Shown here in pieces: positions 55,777-64,000 of a DNA stretch of 64,000 bases (position 1 is its first letter; each line of letters begins with the position of its first letter). Both the position numbers and the translations under genes were made by a program. The DNA comes from Paraphysomonas bandaiensis (taxonomy: Eukaryota; Protista; Chrysophyceae). Under the pieces are notes generated by a model. That model was not told the DNA's origin. It searched no databases and saw only the letters and a list, made by a program, of their open reading frames with translations. Location of the stretch: assembly GCA_965644295.1 (NCBI GenBank), contig CBFFRP010000374.1, positions 1 to 64,000 of the forward strand, written 5' to 3'.

Positions 55777-58700
55777 ATGGAGGGTAATACACTTGACCCT
55801 GTATTGGATATGAGTGACTCATGTGTCTCAGCATCTCACAGTCCACACAACATGTGTTTTAAAGTCAAATGGAGTCTGTCTCACTCCCATCAAGATCTCA
55901 TCACTACATACGATAAGATCTCTATACACCCCCCTACTACCACACCTTCCTCTTCATTAATATATCAATATAATCGTCAGAATTTATTAAACGATAGCTG
56001 TATAATTACATATGACTCTCTGTGTGATATAGAGATGGGTGTCGCCTACACGGTATGTTATACATCTGCCCCGAGTGGTCATATATTAGCACAAGCTACT
56101 GTAACTACCATATCATATGAACAAGAAATACAGAATCTTCCAGGAAGATTACAAGTAGAATATGATTCCAAAGACAATCATGTATTGATATATTTCGACT
56201 TGTCTGCTGTTCCAAATTTTTCACCGAGTTCGTCAGACTCTTTACACATATGTCGAGAGAAAGATAGCTCCTTCCATTTTCAGGCTCGTATATCTGCGAC
56301 GGGTGAAGTTAAAGGTAAAACTTATTTTCATGTTAATACTGAACTTAAAAATGGCGTAAACTACAATGTCCGATATTTATTCGATGATAATAATATAGTC
56401 GGAGTTAGTAACGTTTTCCAGTGTTCTGGATTATTTTGCCACTCGAGCTGTGAGGAGTGTATATTAACAGCAAATTTCGATCCTGAAACTTGTTCAGTGG
56501 ATGCTACTTGGGAGTTCCCGCAGCCTACTTCTATAACTGTTTCGAACACACAGTTTTTATATTTATATAGGACAGAGGAGACCAGTGTGGATGTTGATTT
56601 GCAGCAATATCACTATATATCTATCCAGACATCTGGTAAATATAAAGGAAGCGTACGAATAGCAGTTCAAGGTGCAGTAAGTAATAATGAAACTTATACG
56701 CTGCGATATGTCGACACCACCTCGTGGACGAGCTATGGATCAGTGACTTTTACTGCACGGGATGTATCAACAAGTCATAGCGACGTGAGCCAGCTTTCGG
56801 CGGCCATGGTGTATAATTCAGGAGCATTCATGAGATATATGACACAGGAAGCCGAAGAGATTAATGATGCACCATACAACCCTATTTTGAGTGTTGATGT
56901 TGACAAAGACTACTCTGTGGCGCAGTTTTTGGAGGAATACCATGCAGCATCTCTCCCAAATTCATCTGAGAAGTTCACTGAAGGTTTTGCACCTCTCTCT
57001 GCAGAAGACCTTCAACAATCACTCTACATTCATCTAGACAAATCCCCTGGTGTAATATACGCAGGTGCGGGTTGCTCCATGGATGCACCGTCGTGTTCGC
57101 CGTCTTGGTGGAGGTTAATGGCAGAGCTTGTGCGAGCAGTGTTCAGTACTGCCCCTGAAGAACACCGCCCTCGTCAATATACGGAGAGTGATGTTTCACG
57201 TCAACCCGAAGAAATTATGGAGTCATTTTATTATATACTCGGAGAGAAGCTACTGACATTGTTTCGAGCTCTGGAATATGGTCGTCCGAATGCCAATCAC
57301 GTTGCGATGGCCAAACTTGCTAAAGCAGGAAAAATTAAGGCTATCTTTACAACAAACTTTGATTTATTCATTGAGCGTGCTTTGAAAGAAGAAAGTGTTG
57401 ACTTTAAAGCTGTAGTCACCAATGAGGAATTTGAAGAGTATCTATATATGTTAAAATCTGGCACAGCTCCAGTGGCAGTGCTGAAAATACACGGCACAGT
57501 GGACAGACCGGAAACTATCGTGGCTGTGGCAAGCCACTATAAAATGGACAAAGGATTTTCCGGTACGAAAGCCGAAGTTTTACTAGATCTGGTTCAACAG
57601 TTTCCAGTATTGTTTATCGGATATTCGGGGTGGGATTTTGTACATAAAAACTACCAAGACTTTTGGTCCCGTGTGCAGACCAACGGCTGTAGAGGTCTCT
57701 TTTGGCTGAAGTTGTTGGGGTTTTCTGGGGGGCCTGATTTAGGTAGGGTTGTAGGGCGCCATGTGGGCACTAAACTTCATATTGGAGCTGGTCGGTTACC
57801 TGATTTTTATAAGGATATCTTGAATCGGTATGTGGAGGATACGGAGAGCTGTTTCCTGGGAAAGGCAGCCCGGGTAGATGCCACTCTAGAGTTAAATACA
57901 GTGAATGCATTACGGTTTGAATTTATGCTCCAGTGGGTGCAAAATATTCATCCCACCACGTTATTATCCTTGGTTATGATTGAAGGACATCGACTTAATG
58001 AGATCATGCAGAAATCTGCGGAGAGATTAAAGCGACATGCTGGAAGTCAAGAGGTAGCGGAAAGCACATCAGACATGATGGCGGTCTACATGCAGTTAGC
58101 ACTGGATCTTCAAAGTGGTATAATTACTGAAGAAGAATACAACGACCGCGTCAACGTTCAAACAATGAAAACAACTTTTCAGTATGTTGCACTAGATAAA
58201 GAGAAAAAGGAGCAAGTAATGCTCCTCTGTAGTCGAGCTTGTCGTTCTCACTCGTTACTGAAAGACAACTCTACCAACCAAAGTATGCTTGGGTCATTAA
58301 TAATGTCAATATCTCATTCTCTACCCGAGACTGCTAGCCCTCAGGAGTACATTGATACAGCACTGCGATTTCTACAGAAAGTTGAGCGATACAAATCAAG
58401 TCCAGCAGCCAGAGACAAGATCGTAGCGGATACACTCTTGTACTGCTCCTCTATGCTGGCGGGATCAGTGGACAATCAACAAAACGTAGATTCATGGATC
58501 ATTCAGTTGGCTGACAAAGCTATATTAGAAGAGTGGACTGACGATAAATTATCGACGGAGCGCGCAAATTTATGTAGCCGAATAACCCAGTTGACCTCAG
58601 GTACTCTGGATATAGAAGGAATTTTAGATACACAAATGCAGCTCTCGCTTAAAATCCCGGAATCGGAATTGAATATACTGTTAGAAAGCTGCACGGCGAT

Positions 58701-59604
58701 AGCACTGGGGTTAATTAGTCAGTCAGAGCAACGTGGTTTGGGATTTATGAGTCAAACTGGGTTTCAACAGAAAGTGATAGTGCCTCTGTCCATGGACTCT
58801 GACGCCACAATACCAGAATTTGTGTTCAAAGAATACGAAGACAACTACAACCAGACGCTGTCTGGTGTTTTAAATAGGTTGACACTCCTTCGTGACCAAG
58901 GGGCAATATCATCGACGGAGGGTGTTTTATCTCCTGCCGAGTTGTTGGCAGCTTTTGATATTTCAACGTTGCTGCTTTGGTATCCTGCTTGCAAGTATGT
59001 CACTGGGTATATAAACTCTCAAAATAAAGCTTTTAAAGGATTTTATCCCAAAGAAGCTCTGCCTAAATCCGTGTGCAATTACTTGCTTCCTCGTGCTTTG
59101 GCCGCGAAGTCCGTTGTCACAGATATTCGACTTGCGCAACCTCTTTTGTCCTTACTGAATGTGATTGGGGAATCACTTTCGAACATCGACCTAATTTACG
59201 ATGCTTCTGAGTCATCTCTTTTATTAACTCAAGGGAAGGTGACTGAGACAACACCACCACCGATTCCGGAGGCACTTGCGAATGCCTATCTGGAGCAAGG
59301 GGATTATGAAATGGCCTTCACATGGTACGAGAAGGCACTCGATGCTATTCGTACCTGTGTCCGTCGGGAGAAGGTGGATGCTATTGTGTTAAACGCATGT
59401 CTTGTGGCTGCTAAATATGGAAAAGTAGATACCGCCCTACGTTGGGCTTTTACAACAAGTCCGCTATTTGTTAACATACCCTCAGGATTGGGTATAGCGG
59501 GACCTGGTCGCTCTATACTACTTCAACAGATGAATGCGTGGATTACGGAGCTTGGGTTTGCCTCTATTAAAGAGGCGGAGGCTCATTTAATGTACGCCAA
59601 TTAA
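55777..59604 (+). CDS. SIR2-like (SIR2_2, bacterial-type) domain protein with N-terminal beta-sandwich repeats and a C-terminal TPR; intronless, 1275 aa
   Basis: Motifs YAGAGCS..PSW, PNANH, IFTTNFD, LKIHG and LFIGYSGWD, plus TPR-like EALANAYLEQGDYEMAFTWYEKALD. Confidence 0.88.
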   Translation: MEGNTLDPVLDMSDSCVSASHSPHNMCFKVKWSLSHSHQDLITTYDKISIHPPTTTPSSSLIYQYNRQNLLNDSCIITYDSLCDIEMGVAYTVCYTSAPSGHILAQATVTTISYEQEIQNLPGRLQVEYDSKDNHVLIYFDLSAVPNFSPSSSDSLHICREKDSSFHFQARISATGEVKGKTYFHVNTELKNGVNYNVRYLFDDNNIVGVSNVFQCSGLFCHSSCEECILTANFDPETCSVDATWEFPQPTSITVSNTQFLYLYRTEETSVDVDLQQYHYISIQTSGKYKGSVRIAVQGAVSNNETYTLRYVDTTSWTSYGSVTFTARDVSTSHSDVSQLSAAMVYNSGAFMRYMTQEAEEINDAPYNPILSVDVDKDYSVAQFLEEYHAASLPNSSEKFTEGFAPLSAEDLQQSLYIHLDKSPGVIYAGAGCSMDAPSCSPSWWRLMAELVRAVFSTAPEEHRPRQYTESDVSRQPEEIMESFYYILGEKLLTLFRALEYGRPNANHVAMAKLAKAGKIKAIFTTNFDLFIERALKEESVDFKAVVTNEEFEEYLYMLKSGTAPVAVLKIHGTVDRPETIVAVASHYKMDKGFSGTKAEVLLDLVQQFPVLFIGYSGWDFVHKNYQDFWSRVQTNGCRGLFWLKLLGFSGGPDLGRVVGRHVGTKLHIGAGRLPDFYKDILNRYVEDTESCFLGKAARVDATLELNTVNALRFEFMLQWVQNIHPTTLLSLVMIEGHRLNEIMQKSAERLKRHAGSQEVAESTSDMMAVYMQLALDLQSGIITEEEYNDRVNVQTMKTTFQYVALDKEKKEQVMLLCSRACRSHSLLKDNSTNQSMLGSLIMSISHSLPETASPQEYIDTALRFLQKVERYKSSPAARDKIVADTLLYCSSMLAGSVDNQQNVDSWIIQLADKAILEEWTDDKLSTERANLCSRITQLTSGTLDIEGILDTQMQLSLKIPESELNILLESCTAIALGLISQSEQRGLGFMSQTGFQQKVIVPLSMDSDATIPEFVFKEYEDNYNQTLSGVLNRLTLLRDQGAISSTEGVLSPAELLAAFDISTLLLWYPACKYVTGYINSQNKAFKGFYPKEALPKSVCNYLLPRALAAKSVVTDIRLAQPLLSLLNVIGESLSNIDLIYDASESSLLLTQGKVTETTPPPIPEALANAYLEQGDYEMAFTWYEKALDAIRTCVRREKVDAIVLNACLVAAKYGKVDTALRWAFTTSPLFVNIPSGLGIAGPGRSILLQQMNAWITELGFASIKEAEAHLMYAN

Positions 59605-59978
59605 ATGAGTTATTATTATTATTAGTATTATATTACATATTACTTAACTATTAGACCGAACCCTCTTTAGGCAAATATGCTTCATCTTTTCACTCTTTAG
59701 TACGTTTAATTTGAAAAATCAATGTGTTACATATTTTATAAGAATGTATAGGAGAGCGACCCATACTTTTTTTCTAACAAGTAAGCTAACTCTGATCTTA
59801 GTTGCAAAGTACTTTGTACACTATGAGCACATATATTCTTGTTAATGATATACAAATTAGTGACAAAACCCGATTTCTTTCTGAATTCACTTAGGACAAG
59901 CACAGAATTAGGATTCAACTTTATATAAGATATTGTGTATAATAGTATTATATACTATGTAAAATGTGAAAGAAAAAT

Positions 59979-60379
59979 TGTTGAGGTATCAGAATTAATT
60001 ACATGAAAGAATGATCATACCAATACTCTGCCAGTTAACTGTACCCATGTTACTCTCCAGAAATAAAATTTCTGACTATAAGTCGATAACAGAAGTTGAC
60101 ATTATTTGCTAAGGTTTTCTATTCTCAACTGATAAGATGAAATTATAAACATTACATGATAAAGAACCTAAGTTGTGTTCGATGTGTTCAACACCATTCA
60201 TTTACTACTATAGTGTACAAACCACCCACTCAGTGATCGTATCCTGTATAGTCATCCACTTCTACTTCAGTTTCATACTACATAATATAATGTACTAATT
60301 ACATATATATCTTTCGATCCTTGCATCTCACATAATACTGCACTCAATTGCAAGTATATAGAATCTTCAGATCTCAACA
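59979..60379 (-). mobile_element. 3' LTR of the copia element, 401 bp
   Basis: Bounded by TGTTGAG...CTCAACA. The PPT TTGAGGGGGAG lies immediately upstream on the minus strand (60380-60390). Confidence 0.85.
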
Positions 60380-63300
60380 CTCCCCCTCAATTGAGTGTTG
60401 TACTTATGACGCCTCCCAGCTATTGAATGCCTGAGATAAAAAAATTCTTGACAGTAAAATAGACTCATCTCTAAGTCTAAACCTCTGTCTAAAAAACTCA
60501 GTACCTACTTGCGCCTTCTTTTATCCCTTGGTCCCTCATTGATCACTTCAGTGGAACTCTTAACTTTCTCTCCAAGATTTCTCTTTCTCTGCTCCATATA
60601 TGATAAACCAACCAATGACTTTGTATAAATATCTGCTGCTTGTTGCGATGTATGCACATGCACTAACTTAATCGTATTGAACTGATTGGGATCCACGTGC
60701 TCTCTCACCATGTGATACTTAATCTCAATGTGCTTCGACTTCTTGTGAAACACTGGGTTTTCGGCCAAATCCTGGGCACTCTGACTGTCGATGAAGAATG
60801 GTGTGGGTTTGATGAGCCTCAACTTAATCTCACCCGTCACCCCCCGAACCCATAGCACTTCTTGGAGACCCGAGTAAATACACTGATACTCAGACTGCAT
60901 GCTTGACGTTGCCACTGTCGTCTGCAGTTTGGACTGCCAGACTATAGGCCCTCCCGCTGCAAACCCAACGTACCCCGACGTGGACTTCCTGGAGAGCTGA
61001 TCTCCCGCCCAATCCGCGTCAGTAAACATATGGAAGTCGAACCGTCTACTCCCATATTGAATCCCTTTGTCAATAGAACCACGAATATATTGCCATACAT
61101 GTGTTAATAGCTTGCATACTTCAATATTCACCTTATTACTGAACCGAGACAGTACTCCCACTGCATAGGCTATATCCGGCCTCGTGTTCATCGATAGATA
61201 TAGTAATGCACCTATCAGCGGCCGATATGGGAAGTTATCTACTATAAGCTGTTCCTCCTCGGTATGCTCATGCCGCGCCCCTTTTGCCACTAGATCCATT
61301 GCTTCCGCCGGTAGAGGACTCTTCCGTACCTTTCGCGGTGACCCAAGATACTTTTCAAACTTTTCTAAGATCTTAGCCGCATATACTGATTGGTCAAGAC
61401 GAATATACTCTGGCGTTCTTGTGACTCGAACATTCAGAAAATGTTCCATCTCGCCCATATCCTTCATATCAAACCGGGCACACAGTTGAGCTTTAATATC
61501 CTTCACTATGTTGACATCACGACCTAACACTAGGATATCATCCACATATATCGTTAATAATATCAATTCATCGCCCTTATACTGATAATACAAACACGGG
61601 TCTAATACACATGGTTTAAAATGCATAGATCGTATGAATTTATCCAATGTTTTCCACCACGACCGCGGGGAACTCCGAAGCCCGTATAACGACTTCTTCA
61701 ACTTAAAGCAGTACCCCTCAGGCAGCTGAAAGTCCGGAGTTGCCTTCATATATACATCCCCCTCTATATCTGCATATAGAAATGCGTTAGACACATCCAG
61801 TTGATGAATTACCATGTTCATCACGAAAGCTATGGCGATTAACAGTCGCACTGTTACCCCCTTAACAACGGGTGCGAAATGGTTCGCCCAACCACTCGAC
61901 TGCTGTCCACAACCGATTGCTACAAGACGAGCCTTATATCGGCGGACCTCTCCCTCCTTATCGTACTTCTTTCCATAGACGTACTTGGAGTGCAGTGGGA
62001 CGACTCCGTCCGGTATACGAGTCACCTCCATGGTATCTCGCTTCGCCAAACCCTCTCGCTCTACACGGCGAGCTCGTCTCCACTCCCTGTGCTCGGCACT
62101 CTCCAAGGACTCACGATGTGTCTGAGGCACTGTCGACTCTTCCGCTGACATCCACACTGAGTCTGCCTCCTGTAAAAGGTCACTCACATCACTCTCATCA
62201 CTCAAATGATGGATTTGTCCTAACACCGACACATTCGTTACCGTCCTTGGAGTTCTTGCGCGTTTGCCGTGCGGATGATTCTCGGCAGGGGTCCCTTCCC
62301 CCGAAGGTAATGCTGAGTCAGCCTGGGGCTGCACCTGCCCACTTTCCGACTGCTGTGGCACCACTCCGCTGATACCGCCGTCACGGTTGTCAGTAACTCT
62401 GGCCCTAACCACCCTCTGCGCAAGATCCTCTGTCATCTTCTTGATGTCAGCAATATGAATAGGAGTTTTATCCTCCACTTGAACCTGGTTACCAGTAACC
62501 AACGACCGGTATCCCACAATAAGTCCCTTCCTTATCACCACTCTGTTAGTCTTGTATAGCAGACCACCATCCTCATGGTGCTTTCCGATAAGATACTCAA
62601 ACTCACCCGGTTGACGAGCCTCGGGATCTATAGCCACTTGAGCCTCCTCCAGCTCTCTATAATAATCCTGAGACCTCTCAGGTACCGATTCATCAAATAA
62701 TACATGTACAGAGTGTACTACGGTGTCCCCCACTAGCACCTTGTATCCTTTTCGATCAGCTGGATACCCTATGAAATAACCTGTCATTGCTTTGTCCTCC
62801 CAGTCCTTCCTCCTGTCGGCCTTGGGTGTTAGCACATATGCTTTGCACCCCCATTTCCGTAGCCACGATAGGCTGGGAACGCTCCCCCTGGGACACACTC
62901 ATATGGAGACATCCATCCTTGCCACGTCCGAGTTGGCATTCGTCGCACAATGTAACATGCAGTTTGATAAGCATCAAACCAGAACGACTTTGGAAGTCCA
63001 GATGCCGTCAACATCGTCAGTGTCATCTCCCCAATTGTTCGGAATTTCCTCTCAGACACCGCGTTGAGCTCTGGCGTGTCTCGTGTTGTATGTGACACCC
63101 GAGTCCCATATCGCTGCAACAGATACTCTCTTATCTGCTGACTAATAAGTTCGGATCCTCCATCGGCATGATACTCCACTATACGGTTCCACCCCTCGTA
63201 CTTCACTAAGTGGACCTCGCACAAGTGTCGTAGACATTTGAACACCTCCTCTCCGCTTCGAGTCCTCAATCCATATTCCCATATCATCTTTGTTGCTAAG

Positions 63301-64000
63301 TCCGTAAATAGGAGCACGTACTTATACCCTTGTCTGGATTCACAATTGAGATAGACGGAGATGTCCGCTGTTACTCTTTCCAGGAACCTGACTGCGCTTA
63401 GCTCTTCGTTGTCCCGTGATTTGAACGAATGCCTGGTTATCTTCGCCTTGGCACACCATTTACACAGGGGTTTCTTGCAACTCTTCTCCTTTGCCTTCGA
63501 AAGGTGATGTCGTTGTAGTCCTGATCCTCTGAATAACATGTGTCGGTGAGCTTCTATTAACTTCGATTTCGAGACATGTCCAGTACGCTCATGTAAGCGA
63601 TCCAACGCATCTTGTCCTGTATTATCCGACAAATTTACCTCCTCTATCTGATTGCACATAGACACATTTGGCAGATTTAACACCTCCATCAAGTCCACAT
63701 ACGGCATCCCTCCATGCTCATCGTACTCTCCAGTCAACACCTCGTTTCCAGAGTCCAATTCCACGATTTTAGGCTTTCGAAGCAGTTGTAATCCGTATCC
63801 CATTGATCTCAGCATCCCTCCTGACACAATGTTCTTCACCGCTTCTTCACTAACTCTGATGTCTCTCCATTCCCCGAATGTACCAGTTCCCTGTGTCTCC
63901 AATTGAGAACCCTTTCTAGTTAGTTGGATTGCCCCAAACTCAGGAGTAAATGACTCCAGTGCAATTTTATCCTTTACTATAAACAGTCTTTTACTTGCAC
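59979..64000 (-). mobile_element. Ty1/copia LTR retrotransposon continuing beyond the window; pol from 60505 to past 64000 (protease end, GAG-pre-integrase, IN, RT, RNaseH) with one frameshift at about 62885
   Basis: LHERTGH...CKWC, integrase core, QLDVSNAFL, SLYGL, YVDD and RNaseH occur in copia order, followed by a PPT and LTR. Confidence 0.97.

Noticed and set aside
62829-62898. Programmed ribosomal frameshift in copia pol
   Set aside because: The sister copy has one more C and reads through in frame, so this is a homopolymer indel or sequencing error.

Overview
This is intron-rich eukaryotic genomic DNA, probably from a stramenopile-like protist (inferred from gene content, short GT-AG introns and V-ATPase A features). 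It holds about 20 host genes: V-ATPase A, a Med20-like gene, a secreted JmjC protein, an Orai-like channel, a FYVE protein, RBM42, a methyltransferase, DDX52, a CRAL-TRIO protein, RRP4, an EPC-like gene, a PKG-like kinase, a doubled EF-hand two-pore channel and a SIR2 protein. These are interspersed with two near-identical Ty1/copia copies, a Tourist-like MITE, another repeat family and (TATG)n microsatellites. Five things stand out. (1) At 1-840, missed by the ORF track, is a tandem array of 99-nt phase-0 exons, each encoding one ankyrin repeat and differing only at binding-surface positions, like a natural DARPin library. (2) An intronless 1275-aa protein has three Ig/SKICH-like domains, a bacterial-defence-type SIR2 NADase domain and a TPR. 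(3) An intronless ankyrin ORF ends inside a polypurine tract that abuts an LTR-like sequence. (4) A four-pore concatenated TPK-like channel has no GYG filters. (5) Two inverted duplications could yield hairpin RNAs. All exon models were read by eye and no database searches were run.
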